In this document: positions 20,299 through 30,644 of the stretch, piece after piece
How positions within the stretch are numbered: position 1 is the first letter of the stretch
Layout of the letters: every line of letters starts with the position of its first letter
IMG/VR virus record: IMGVR_UViG_3300027419_000034
Coordinates: 1 to 61,193 of that record
Length of the DNA stretch: 61,193 bases
Source: a virus
Lineage: Duplodnaviria; Caudoviricetes
Strand: one strand, 5' to 3'
Notes under the pieces: generated by a model
The model's input: the letters and a program-made list of their open reading frames with translations, nothing else
Databases searched by the model: none
What the model was told of the DNA's origin: nothing
Translations under genes and position numbers: made by a program

Positions 20299-20517
20299 AT
20301 GTCTAAGATTACATATATACGAGTATCAAGAGTTAAAGGATTAGCAACTGGTCTTAAGCACAGATTATATTATTTGTTTACAAATCCTCTTACTAGAAAG
20401 ATAATAGCAAGTCAAGAGGATTACTGTAAAGGTTATTCTGACGCTTTAGAAGATTTAGTTAATAAGATAAAAGAAATAGAAAAAGATAGTAAAAAGGTAG
20501 ATGAAGATGGAAGATAA
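20299..20517 (+). CDS. Hypothetical protein
   Basis: ORF in early cluster. Confidence 0.55.
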   Translation: MSKITYIRVSRVKGLATGLKHRLYYLFTNPLTRKIIASQEDYCKGYSDALEDLVNKIKEIEKDSKKVDEDGR

Positions 20518-20845
20518 GTCTAATGAGATTACTGTTATGAATCTACAAACTATGGAAATGTATAAGATAGATGCAGTAACTTATCTTAAGGCTCTTATTA
20601 AAGCTAATATGGATAAAGATAATCCATATAGTGATGATGAAGTTCAAGAGATGACAGAAACTAATATAGATATTTTAACACCCGAAGATGATATGTCTAT
20701 TTGGGGTATATCTGATGGTGGTTTTATTATTACTTCTGAATGGATAATAAAAGATATAGAAGAAATGCAAGAATCTTTTGAAGTAGATAAAGATTTACTT
20801 AAAACTATATCACAATTAAATTATTCTGAAAGAGTAATGATGTAA
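20501..20845 (+). CDS. Hypothetical acidic protein
   Basis: ORF in early cluster. Confidence 0.65.
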   Translation: MKMEDKSNEITVMNLQTMEMYKIDAVTYLKALIKANMDKDNPYSDDEVQEMTETNIDILTPEDDMSIWGISDGGFIITSEWIIKDIEEMQESFEVDKDLLKTISQLNYSERVMM

Positions 20846-20939
20846 GATGAAATATGGTAGTCCAGTATTAAAGATTTATATCTTTGATGCTACCTGTATG
20901 ACAATAGATAAAACAAATTACTTTATATGCTGATGTCTT

Positions 20940-21146
20940 ATGACAGATGAAACTATACAAGAACGTCCTGTCACTCTAATGGATGTTCAGAGGGCAGGAC
21001 AATTCTTGATAGATAATAAGATTACACTACCAGAGACTATAGCTAGTTGTCCACCAGAAGTAATATGGAAGTGGGCATTAGACTCTGGTTATATTCCTAA
21101 AGATACTATTCTTAAAGATGAGAAGAAGGAAGAGTTAAGATGTTAG
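20940..21146 (+). CDS. Hypothetical protein
   Basis: ORF in early cluster. Confidence 0.55.
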   Translation: MTDETIQERPVTLMDVQRAGQFLIDNKITLPETIASCPPEVIWKWALDSGYIPKDTILKDEKKEELRC

Positions 21147-21262
21147 ATGAAAACATTATCAAGGGAATCTTAATCTTGATTATGGGTATAATGTGGTATT
21201 TACTCTTCAAACATAATAAAAGATATAGTAATTCTATTAAATATAAACTAGGAGTGATTTAA

Positions 21263-21535
21263 ATGAAAAATATAACAGAGAGTAATATGCACGTTGATAG
21301 TGCAAACATAACTACCCAAAGAGAAGGTGGAAGCATAAAATACAATGTCATAACTGCAAATATCCGCGTATTTACATATTCGGATAAACAGACAATAAAG
21401 ACTATTGAAAAGATTAATAGTCTTATAAGTGAACTTGATGTTTACTATAATAAACAGAAACAAAAGACAAAGCGCAAATACACAAAGCACAAGAAGAACA
21501 AAGTTGGAAGACCTAAGAAGTCTAAGAAGAAGTAG
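21263..21535 (+). CDS. Hypothetical protein with basic AT-hook-like tail
   Basis: KVGRPKK; GGAGTGA RBS. Confidence 0.6.
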   Translation: MKNITESNMHVDSANITTQREGGSIKYNVITANIRVFTYSDKQTIKTIEKINSLISELDVYYNKQKQKTKRKYTKHKKNKVGRPKKSKKK

Positions 21536-21737
21536 TTCAACCTATCCGCAAGACCCCACAATAGGATAATCTTCGGTATCATAAGATAAGTAAGTTAATC
21601 TAAGCGTTCACGGACTTTGCTAAGATTAGAAGAAGCCTTACTTATTTTATACCAAAGAGGATTTGTCCATCTTTCCCCTGAACTGTTATAACCTTGATAT
21701 CAAGCAAGGTATAATAGCAGGACTGGAGGGATGCAGA

Positions 21738-21923
21738 ATGAATGACGACATACTCGGAGACCTGAATATTCCGGTCAAAGAGCAGAAGTCTGCCACAAAG
21801 CACTATCTCATCTTCACAGATGAGAATCCCGTCTGGAAGGCACTTGATAGTGTCGCTAAGCAGAAGGGAAGCACAGGGCAGGTAGTCGGAGAGGCAATCT
21901 TGAAAAAGGTTCTCTGCGACTAA
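21738..21923 (+). CDS. Putative ribbon-helix-helix regulator, paralog of 18932..19174
   Basis: ILGDLNIPVKE...YLIFTD...ALDSVAKQK; GGAGG RBS. Confidence 0.55.
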   Translation: MNDDILGDLNIPVKEQKSATKHYLIFTDENPVWKALDSVAKQKGSTGQVVGEAILKKVLCD

Positions 21924-21986
21924 GTAGAATATGGAAGATGCGAGTCTTCCTATTCTTTATTTTTATCTAGAATAGGGTAGATTTCG

Positions 21987-22256
21987 GTGGATTTTACTAA
22001 TATTACTAATCAAGACGTATCAGTAATATCACCTAATCCAGACGAATATAGAAAGATATTAAGTAAGATAGAGAGAGAAGAAAAAGAGACTAATATTCTA
22101 TCTTTAAAGATTTTAGAGCATCTTAAGACTATTAAATTGCCTTATAGTGCTAAGCGTAGATTGTTATTAAGTGCTATTTCATTGTGTAATAGTGCTTTAG
22201 TAGAAGAGGAGGATAAGTTATATTATGGTGATACAGTAGATAAAGAGATTATCTGA
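21987..22256 (+). CDS. Hypothetical protein
   Basis: 89 aa ORF. Confidence 0.55.
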   Translation: MDFTNITNQDVSVISPNPDEYRKILSKIEREEKETNILSLKILEHLKTIKLPYSAKRRLLLSAISLCNSALVEEEDKLYYGDTVDKEII

Positions 22257-23146
22257 TGGAGACTCTAGGCTCAAACATCTTTTGGTGGCATAGGATAAAT
22301 TCCTATGGATATTATGAGAGTGTAGGATATATATCGTATATCCGAAGAACGAGGCGTTTGTTTTTTCGGCACGCCTACAGGTCAGATAATCTTTATAATA
22401 AAAATCAACTCTAAACTATTATAGGAATGAACCATATCTTATCATCTCTAGGACGGAGTAATTAACCGCTAGCCGATAATTAAAGGTAAGATAAAATAGT
22501 CAAAGATTGGTTGTCTTTGAAGTTCCTATATAGAGAGAATTTGATAAGCATAAATAGTGCTGAAACCATCTTTCAGAAGGAGGGTTTAATATGGGTTTGC
22601 TGAGAGAGGATAAACTCTGCCCTGCGGGAATCGTAATCTCGTAAAGCAACGGTCTGGGATGGCAGCAATACTAAAATATATCATAGATTAATAGAATATA
22701 GTTCGATTGGGAAAGAAAGTAAAACCATTAGGTTGAGGATATGACCGATTTAAAGTAGGGTTTATCTTGAACGATACTAAAACAGATTCTAGACTCTGTA
22801 GTTAGGCGTTTAATTGTTAAGATATTCTACGGTTCTATATTCTAATCAAATATGATATATAGTCTAAATGTCTTTAGAGGGCAGATAAATTAATGTTGTG
22901 TGAAAAGTTCCAGACTGCTATAATCAAAGTAGCTCATATTAGGTTTGAATCTAATATGTTATGATAGTCTGTTACAAAGTGTCACAGTATAACTTAAAAT
23001 GTTATATTACCGTATAGTCGGAGATGCTCTAAAGTCAGGACACATATAAGATATAATCTAGGTTATATAGATGTGCAAGATATGAAGACCAACCTTCGCC
23101 AAGAATAATATGGGATTACTTGGACAAATATTAAAGATTATTCTTG
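22246..23146. ncRNA. Candidate large structured ncRNA
   Basis: ~900 nt without ORF; at least 11 nested inverted repeats. Confidence 0.6.
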
Positions 23147-23419
23147 CGTTCTAAACCATATAGATTATATTTAAAAGATGGAAGTGATTTAAATGAAAAA
23201 GTTAGGCAATTGGCACGACAAAATGAGAATACAAAAACACAGAGAAAATAGAGAAAGAAAACTTTATCTCAAATCAAGAAAGTGAATAAAATGTCTTTTC
23301 GTTTTTATCTTTCAGATGAACAGATTAAAAACTTGATAGACTTTGCTTTTGAAGAAAGACCATATAAAGTTCAAGAGTTACTTATCAAGATTCAAAAAGA
23401 ACAAAAGTTGTGATTAAAG

Positions 23420-23671
23420 ATGAGCATAGAAATAGATACTTACAAATCTACAACCGGAAAACTAACTTGCGATGGTTGTAGTAATCCTATAAAGATAGGA
23501 GAAGAAAGAAGACGTATTACAGTAACAAATAGATTTTATGACTGTGGAAACAGAGAATGCGAAGTCTCAAATCACGCTTTCTTCCATCCAAAATGCTATA
23601 ATAAAGTAATTAAAGACGCACAGAAAAAGTTTAAAGACAAAAGACGATATAGACCTATACGAAATACCTAA
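23420..23671 (+). CDS. Zn-finger protein
   Basis: CxxC...I..GE...HxxC. Confidence 0.65.
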   Translation: MSIEIDTYKSTTGKLTCDGCSNPIKIGEERRRITVTNRFYDCGNRECEVSNHAFFHPKCYNKVIKDAQKKFKDKRRYRPIRNT

Positions 23672-23733
23672 AGATTTTTTTATTTTTATTCGCTTATATA
23701 CTTTTTTAAGGGCAAAAAGAGGTTAGATTTTTT

Positions 23734-23952
23734 ATGAATAAACAATATTGGATAGATTTTGTAAGTGGATTAGGAATTTGTTTAGTAGAATTTCTAATTT
23801 ATCTAATATGGATTGCTTTTATAGCTCTTATTTTGTGGCTTGCGTTTAATGCTACAGATATAAGTAATTCTGTTGGTAAATTGTCTTTTCACGATGCAGG
23901 AATGTTTGCTTTAATGTGGCACTTCCTTTTCTATATACACATTAAGAAATAG
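23734..23952 (+). CDS. Small membrane protein
   Basis: Hydrophobic segments. Confidence 0.6.
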   Translation: MNKQYWIDFVSGLGICLVEFLIYLIWIAFIALILWLAFNATDISNSVGKLSFHDAGMFALMWHFLFYIHIKK

Positions 23953-24419
23953 GTGATTTATTATGGGACATAAACATATTTTTGATAAACCAGTAGGAGT
24001 TACTAGGTGGGGACACCGTGTAATGGGTTGCGTCTGTGGAAAGAAGGATATTCTCCTACAGGAAAAGAAATCACAACCTAAAGTTGAAGAAGATATAGAA
24101 ACTTTGATGTGATTAAATGAAGAAAGATAAAGTTGTAGAACTTCCAAAACCAAAACTACAATTTGTAATAGATATACTTTCCAATCCATTAGTTTTACTA
24201 ATACTAATGTATATTATTGGGGTTATGTCTGGTTCATATAGTTGTAGATTAAATTGAATAATTATTACTCAGTAATATAATTATAATTTTCATATAGATA
24301 TGCCTATTACTTTGCGCCACAAATAATAGACTAACTCTATAGCTATACTAAAATCGGTGGTTGGTATAGTTGTAATGCTTAGATTATAATTATATTGGGA
24401 ATTAATAATTATTTAAGAG

Positions 24420-24767
24420 TTGATTATTATGCAAGAAGAAGTTAGTGAAATACCTAATACTGATGAAGAAGACGAATCTTCATTTGATGATGGAAGATTA
24501 ATAGATGAGTCTGAACCATACGAACAATTAGTAGAAGAAGAAGAGAATAAGATAGATGAAAAACTAACAAAGTTTATTCAAGATATAGTTCTTGGTGACT
24601 CTCCAACCTTTAGTGGTTTAGAAAATACTGCTAGAACAATAAATTACTTAAAGACTGCTTTAGAATATATTAGTGTTCACGATGATGAAAACTTTTCTAA
24701 GATGAGAAAGCATTTCGAGGAACAGGATAAAAAGATTAAAGAGGAAGTGACTATAAATGAAAAATAA
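24420..24767 (+). CDS. Hypothetical acidic protein
   Basis: Coupled ORF. Confidence 0.65.
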   Translation: MIIMQEEVSEIPNTDEEDESSFDDGRLIDESEPYEQLVEEEENKIDEKLTKFIQDIVLGDSPTFSGLENTARTINYLKTALEYISVHDDENFSKMRKHFEEQDKKIKEEVTINEK

Positions 24768-24941
24768 GATTGTTATTTCTGATGATGAACATTTAAATTA
24801 TGCAAATGGTGTTGCACAGGCATTAGATAAAATGTCTGGTGAAATAATACTCAATTCTTTTATTTCAGATAAAAAGAAAATAAGAGAACGTAATAAAGAA
24901 ATTGCAAAGAGACTTAAAAACTGTGCTTATCTATTAGAAGG

Positions 24942-25139
24942 GTGATAGTTATGTCAATGACTAGAAAAGATTATAGAAAGATTGCAGAAGAAATAAGAAA
25001 TATGTATAAACTTCAAGATTATGCTGGTTCTTATATTATTAAAACTCTTGCTTCAAATATGGCAGTTATGTTAAAGAAAGATAATCCCCGTTTTGATAAA
25101 AATAAATTTATCGAAGCGTGTGAAATAGAGTATGATTAA
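24942..25139 (+). CDS. Small phage protein
   Basis: MTRKDY..IA...DNPRF...KF..AC, a pattern familiar from phage early proteins. Confidence 0.65.
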   Translation: MIVMSMTRKDYRKIAEEIRNMYKLQDYAGSYIIKTLASNMAVMLKKDNPRFDKNKFIEACEIEYD

Positions 25140-25383
25140 TATGTCAGAAGATGTAAAAACACCAAAGACACCAGAAGAAAAAGGATATACTTTCATTGTC
25201 ACTTTTAGAACTGGTAGTAATGCTTTAACAGAACCAGAAGCTAAAAAGAAAGTAGAAGACCTAATCAATCTTATAGGTAAAGAATTACCTATAGGAAGAT
25301 TGAAAGTTAGATTAGCAGAATCAGATTAATGTTTCTATCTCATTTGAGAGAGTTTTAAAAACAAAAGTAGGTGAATAAAAACT

Positions 25384-25653
25384 ATGGCAGACAATGCGTG
25401 GAACGTAACGTCTCCTGCACAAGGAAAGGTAGTAGTTGTCAGGAACGGTAGCGAATCTCCATATGAGTATCCATCAACTACAAAGTTGGTAGATGCAGTA
25501 AACGATGCCGCTAATGAGGAAGGACTCACTTCGGTAATCGTAAAGACCTCGCGCAATGCAGAGGACACTATCCCGCCAGCAAGGAGTGGAGATACACTCG
25601 CTTCTTTCGGTGGAGTGGTTTACGTCTTTGCAAAGGCACAGGGCGCACAGTAA
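25384..25653 (+). CDS. Putative ubiquitin-like (beta-grasp) protein
   Basis: 89 aa directly upstream of E1; final strand VVYVF followed by KAQG-AQ. Confidence 0.6.
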   Translation: MADNAWNVTSPAQGKVVVVRNGSESPYEYPSTTKLVDAVNDAANEEGLTSVIVKTSRNAEDTIPPARSGDTLASFGGVVYVFAKAQGAQ

Positions 25654-25725
25654 ATTGTTTTGAAGACTTTATTTTTGTCTTCTTTTTTATTTTTTTACGC
25701 TTATACTATATTAAAGGGTTTTATT

Positions 25726-26322
25726 ATGACTAGGAATCTTATAATAATTGGTTGTGGTGGAGTAGGTAGCAATATTGCTATGCTAGTCGCTAGGCACGAA
25801 AGTAATTGTGAATTTAATAAGATTGTGCTAGTAGACCACGATGTAGTCGAGAAGAAGAATCTTTCTAGACAGTTCTTTTTTGAGTGCGATATTGGTAAAC
25901 CAAAAGTCGTTTCTCTTAAAGAGAATCTTTTGAAGGTTTGTCCAGAACTTAGTATTGATATTTATCAACAGAAGATTGTATCTGTTGATGACCTTATGTT
26001 TCTTAAGGCTTATGATGATGGTTATAATACTGCTATTCTTGCTACAGATAATACTGTTAGTAAGAGATTGGTTTATGAGAATTATAATATGGCTGAGAAG
26101 ATTATAATTAATTGTGATAGAGATTATTATGAGATTAAGTTTGAGTTAGATAATGAGGAACTTAATGCTTGGAGTATTGGGACTGGTTATAATTCTACTC
26201 AGACTTGGCTTAGTAATTTAGCTGCATCTGCTTATGTTGTTGGTTTATTCTGTGAACTAACACCTTTAGAACTTTCACATACGAGGAGAAATATAATTGG
26301 TTCGGTGATTGAAGATGAGTGA
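25726..26322 (+). CDS. ThiF/E1-like adenylyltransferase
   Basis: IIGCGGVG, DHDVVEKKNLSRQ, GKPK, ATDN; start MTRN. Confidence 0.92.
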   Translation: MTRNLIIIGCGGVGSNIAMLVARHESNCEFNKIVLVDHDVVEKKNLSRQFFFECDIGKPKVVSLKENLLKVCPELSIDIYQQKIVSVDDLMFLKAYDDGYNTAILATDNTVSKRLVYENYNMAEKIIINCDRDYYEIKFELDNEELNAWSIGTGYNSTQTWLSNLAASAYVVGLFCELTPLELSHTRRNIIGSVIEDE

Positions 26323-27649
26323 TGAATCAGAAGCTATTGTTAGGAGTGCCGCTAGTAGATTAAATTCAGAGTATCTTAATGTTACTATTCCAGAAGGATA
26401 TACTATGACTATACCAGCTAATTCTAATGGAACTACTACTATTAGTGGAAATGTTACTATAGTAGATGGTAAAGATTCTGAATGGAAAGTAGATAAGGCA
26501 AAGAAGACTACTAAGACAAAACAGAAAACTCTTAATAAGTCTGTTGCAGAAATTAGAGATGAACTTGGTTTAGTTACTGCTAAAACTGAGGATGGTAAAA
26601 CTATAGTTACTGTTGCTAAAACTATACCAGTTAAAGGAGATTTTGTTATACATCAAGTTAATCCATCATCTATAAAATATATTGGTATGGTAGTTCAAGA
26701 ACCTAGAGAATATTCTCCATCCGGTTATCAACTACGCGATAATGAATATGGTATTATGATACTAGATGATAGTTTTGCTTCTGGTAATAATCTAAATTAT
26801 GCTCTTAAGAAAGATGGAAGAAATGGAGTATATTGTAATATTTCTTCTCTAGAATATATTAGTCACTCTAATACTTTTATTAGTGGTAATCTCGATACTA
26901 CATATTATCGTCCTAAAACACTAAATAGGATTACTGATAGTTTTTATAAACTAATTACTGATTTTGAAGCAAAGTTTAAAACTGATTTGTCTTTGCTAGA
27001 AAAAGATATCTCTGATGATATTTCTATCATTGTTAGAGATAAGTATAATCATCAGTATGACCAGATTATGATAAATCATAAGAATGAGAAAGCAGAAATG
27101 GAACGTAGATTTGCTGGTATGATAGCAATGCCTAACATATCTTATAGTGATTATCTTACTTTTATTGAACACGGTATGTTCTTTGTTAAAAAGGATAATG
27201 CTATTCTTATATTTAGAAAGGGAACTCATACTGTTAAGATGATTACTATTAGAGATAATGCTATGGGTCTTGAATTACCAGTTCCATTTACTGTTAAAGG
27301 ATATATTGCCATACAATTCTTTAATTCTGGTAATGGATATAAGTATAATGGAGCATACTTCTTTAATAGTAATTTTAGTCCAGTAAAAAGTTATCACATA
27401 TCTAGTAGTAGTGGTAATATTTGCACAGGAGATTTGAAATCAAATCTTAATACTCTTTCATTTAATGCAAGTGAAATAGATAAGGCTATGGATGATATAC
27501 TTTCTATGCTAGAAATAGTAAATCCAACTAGTCCATATAATAATAGAGTTGATGCTAAAGTAGATAAAGCATTAAATAAAGTATTTTGTTGGACTCACAA
27601 GAAATCTAAGGCTTCTTGTGGTTGTGACGAAGAAGACGAGGGATATTAA
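26309..27649 (+). CDS. Putative E2-like conjugating enzyme (C-terminal domain)
   Basis: YHISSSSGNICTGDL resembles the E2 H-x(n)-G-x-I-C site; lies between E1 and JAB. Confidence 0.6.
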   Translation: MKMSDESEAIVRSAASRLNSEYLNVTIPEGYTMTIPANSNGTTTISGNVTIVDGKDSEWKVDKAKKTTKTKQKTLNKSVAEIRDELGLVTAKTEDGKTIVTVAKTIPVKGDFVIHQVNPSSIKYIGMVVQEPREYSPSGYQLRDNEYGIMILDDSFASGNNLNYALKKDGRNGVYCNISSLEYISHSNTFISGNLDTTYYRPKTLNRITDSFYKLITDFEAKFKTDLSLLEKDISDDISIIVRDKYNHQYDQIMINHKNEKAEMERRFAGMIAMPNISYSDYLTFIEHGMFFVKKDNAILIFRKGTHTVKMITIRDNAMGLELPVPFTVKGYIAIQFFNSGNGYKYNGAYFFNSNFSPVKSYHISSSSGNICTGDLKSNLNTLSFNASEIDKAMDDILSMLEIVNPTSPYNNRVDAKVDKALNKVFCWTHKKSKASCGCDEEDEGY

Positions 27650-28582
27650 ATGACTACTGGAAATACTTGGACTATACAAAGTTCAACTAAAAAAGATAAA
27701 ATAGTATTTGATGAAAAGACACCAGTTCCTATAGTAATGTCTCTAGAAGCAGAACAGAAGATTGGTGGTTTGCTTGAAGAGTTTCCAGACCACGAATGGA
27801 TGGCTGGTCTTATAGGAGAAGTAAGAGATGGTTATTACTTTATTACTGATTTGTTTATTCCTGAACAGGAAGGTAGTAAGGCTCTTATAGAAGTTACTAA
27901 TCGTGGAGCAGCAGAGATGGCAGAAGTTAGTCTCTTGGGTTGGCTTCACTCTCATAATACTATGTCTGCTTTCCAGTCTGGAACTGATACTCATACTGCT
28001 CATATGTATGACTTGTCTATTACTGTAAATAATAAGTATGAATATTATGCTACTCTTAAAGTTAATATTCCTGTTGGTGGACAGATGCACTTGAAGTGTG
28101 ATGTTCAGAGGGAATCAATCTTTTTTGTTAATAAGTCTTTTGTAGAAGCTGTTAAAGCAAAGATTACTGTTCGTAACTATGGTTATGCTAACAATGGGAC
28201 TTGTCCTAGGTTTCCATATAAGGACGGTCAGGGAAATCCTATGTGGGAAGATGAAGGGACTTCTTCGCAACAAACTATTCTAGCTCATTCTGATATGGAG
28301 AAGAATACTAATGACTTTCCAGAGTTTAATGACTATCATCCAGATGGTAAGACGTTCTGTGGTCAATGTTCTACTAAGATAAAGGGTCAGAAAGCTGCTT
28401 GGTGTCCTGCGTGTGGTCAGGGTATTCATCTTGGTTGTAGGCAAGCACATAGACGCGGTTGCGAGAAACTCAAAGAGATTAAGAACGCTGAAAAAGATGT
28501 TCAGGAAGAAGTTTTTGATAAGGTTATTGAAAAGGCTATAGAAGAGCAGATTAATACTGATAATGGAGTTATAGCTTCTTAG
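27650..28582 (+). CDS. JAB/MPN+ metallo-isopeptidase with C-terminal Zn finger
   Basis: HEW...WLHSHNTMSAFQSGTD; CxxC...CxxC...HxxC. Confidence 0.9.
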   Translation: MTTGNTWTIQSSTKKDKIVFDEKTPVPIVMSLEAEQKIGGLLEEFPDHEWMAGLIGEVRDGYYFITDLFIPEQEGSKALIEVTNRGAAEMAEVSLLGWLHSHNTMSAFQSGTDTHTAHMYDLSITVNNKYEYYATLKVNIPVGGQMHLKCDVQRESIFFVNKSFVEAVKAKITVRNYGYANNGTCPRFPYKDGQGNPMWEDEGTSSQQTILAHSDMEKNTNDFPEFNDYHPDGKTFCGQCSTKIKGQKAAWCPACGQGIHLGCRQAHRRGCEKLKEIKNAEKDVQEEVFDKVIEKAIEEQINTDNGVIAS

Positions 28583-28583
28583 G

Positions 28584-28856
28584 GTGGTATTAATGACTAG
28601 AGTTTTTAAATGCAATAGTGTTAGTTCCACTCTTGGGGTAGTTATTCCTGTTAGTGTTAGGCACGACCTTAATATTATTGTTGGAGATGAGATAGAGTTT
28701 ATTAAGGATAATTCTAATGGAAAGTATTTTATACTACATAATAAGAATCCAAAGAATTTTAAAGGTTGCAAACTATGTGGTAAAGAGGGTAAAGAACCAG
28801 TTTGTGATAATTGTATTAGTAATCTTTCTAAAAAGAAGAAGGAAGCAAAGAGGTAG
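28584..28856 (+). CDS. AbrB/MazE-type DNA-binding protein with Zn ribbon
   Basis: LGVVIP..VR..LNI..GDEIEF; CxxC..CxxC. Confidence 0.8.
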   Translation: MVLMTRVFKCNSVSSTLGVVIPVSVRHDLNIIVGDEIEFIKDNSNGKYFILHNKNPKNFKGCKLCGKEGKEPVCDNCISNLSKKKKEAKR

Positions 28857-28862
28857 ATTTAA

Positions 28863-29222
28863 ATGGTATCGAAGGAAGTGTCTAGCTATATTCTTAAGCG
28901 TATTGAAGAGATGCGTGAAAAGCAACTTAGTAAAAAAGTAGCTAAATTTAAGAAAGATAATAATTTTAATATTTGTGAAGAAAGATATTTTCAGACTAGA
29001 TTTTTAATTTATAGAGAAAAACTTAGGAAAGCCGCAAAGAAAGTTGGCCTTGATTATCAATCAGATTATATTACTTATTCAGGTAGTAATTGGGAAAGAG
29101 ATATTACTTATTCAGGTAGTAATTGGGAAAGAGACAGAGCTAATCTTGCAAAGGTTATACTCTATATGGGTAAAGATGTATCTAATGAGTCTCTTGAGAA
29201 GGCACTCAAGAAGATTGGGTGA
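28863..29222 (+). CDS. Hypothetical protein with 11-aa duplication
   Basis: ITYSGSNWERD twice. Confidence 0.6.
   Translation: MVSKEVSSYILKRIEEMREKQLSKKVAKFKKDNNFNICEERYFQTRFLIYREKLRKAAKKVGLDYQSDYITYSGSNWERDITYSGSNWERDRANLAKVILYMGKDVSNESLEKALKKIG
29068..29133. repeat. Perfect 33-bp tandem duplication
   Basis: atattacttattcaggtagtaattgggaaagag x2. Confidence 0.95.
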
Positions 29223-29450
29223 TTTGAGTGTCCACTTTTAAGATTGTTAGGACTGGTATTATTAGGGTTGAGCAGACTCTTTCGGTAGAGGCAGAAAATC
29301 CTCTTACTGCTCTTGCTAATAGTCAGAATGCAGATGATTCTGATTGGGAGACCGTTCCTATTGATATGTCTAATATGAGAGAAGATAGTGAGAGAACCGT
29401 TTCTCTTATTCAATCTTCTGAGGATGAGGAAGTTAAAGAGGTAGATTCTT

Positions 29451-29942
29451 TTGAGCAAGTTTGATAAGACTATTGATATGATAAAGAAGTATGAAACTGC
29501 TCCTTTTGATTATAATGGTAGTATAAAAGGTCAGATAGACGTTATTAATCAGTTTATTAATGATGCTGGTAATAGTGGTTTCTCTGCTTCTTGTGTAGGT
29601 AGTGGAGTATTTAGAGAAACTCATAGTCTTAAAGGAAATTATATGGTTACTGATTTTGATAAATTTCTTTATCCACAATATAATCCTTTAGATGATTTGC
29701 ATAGGTTTATGACTGAGAGTAGTGAATGGTTTTTAAAAGAGGCTAAGAAGAAGATTGTAGAATCTCCTGATGCTCATCCTGATGTTATGAGACGTTGGGA
29801 ACTAGTAGTGAAACATAATGGTGATATTCATAAGGCTTTAGAAGAACATAATAAGATTGGAGAAGCAGATGAGACTGAGTATATTAGAAAGATTAAAGAG
29901 AAAGCTGGTTCTGTTTCTAATTGGGGTAAAAAGGTAGATTAG
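29451..29942 (+). CDS. Hypothetical protein
   Basis: 163 aa ORF. Confidence 0.7.
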   Translation: MSKFDKTIDMIKKYETAPFDYNGSIKGQIDVINQFINDAGNSGFSASCVGSGVFRETHSLKGNYMVTDFDKFLYPQYNPLDDLHRFMTESSEWFLKEAKKKIVESPDAHPDVMRRWELVVKHNGDIHKALEEHNKIGEADETEYIRKIKEKAGSVSNWGKKVD

Positions 29943-30644
29943 AATGTCAGATTGTGTTGGAGAGATTATTTCTGTTAATAGTGATGGTAATCAGAAGAGG
30001 GTTGTTCGTGTATCTAATTTTGATATGACTATTAATGCTAAGACTATGAAAACTGTTATTACTGGTTTTCTTAAGGCTGATGGTAGTGGAACTATGACTG
30101 TTTCTAGGAGTGGTAATATTTTGAATAGTTTTACTTTTGGTAGTGAGGAGATTAAAGATGCTTGATGATTCTAAGAAGTTTTGGATAGAAAGTGATAGTC
30201 ATAATATTATTAAGACTCCTATTAAGAAGTTAAGTAATAATAGTATAGAATTTATTATTCAGTCTTATCTTAATAAAATTGGAAATAAGAATGATGAGAT
30301 TAAAGAGAAGCAACTTGAATATAAGACTCTTATGACCGAACTAGATATATTTCTAGGAGAAGCCAATAGGCGTAGAAACATAAGATGGAATACTAATAAT
30401 AAAAAGGTGGCTAGTAAATGAAACGTGCAGTTACTTGGTATGAAGATTGGCTTAAGGATTTGCGTAATGAAATAGCAGTTAAACGTGGTAGGATTCTTAA
30501 GGCACAGGAAGAGATTGCTACTCTTGAAGATGATGCTAGGTTTTTGAGTTTGCAATTAGAGGAAGCTAAGAAGAGGGGTCTTAGTAGTTTTAATGATAAA
30601 AGATTTATGATTAAGTTAGATGATAATAAGGAGGAGATGTAGGT

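Noticed and set aside
22246-23146. Group I/II intron or rRNA fragment
   Set aside because: No recognisable catalytic-core motifs, interrupted host gene or rRNA signature by eye
25726-26322. ThiF as a thiamine/molybdopterin or tRNA-thiolation enzyme
   Set aside because: No rhodanese or sulfur-pathway genes nearby; adjacent E2-like and JAB genes favour conjugation, though this is not proven
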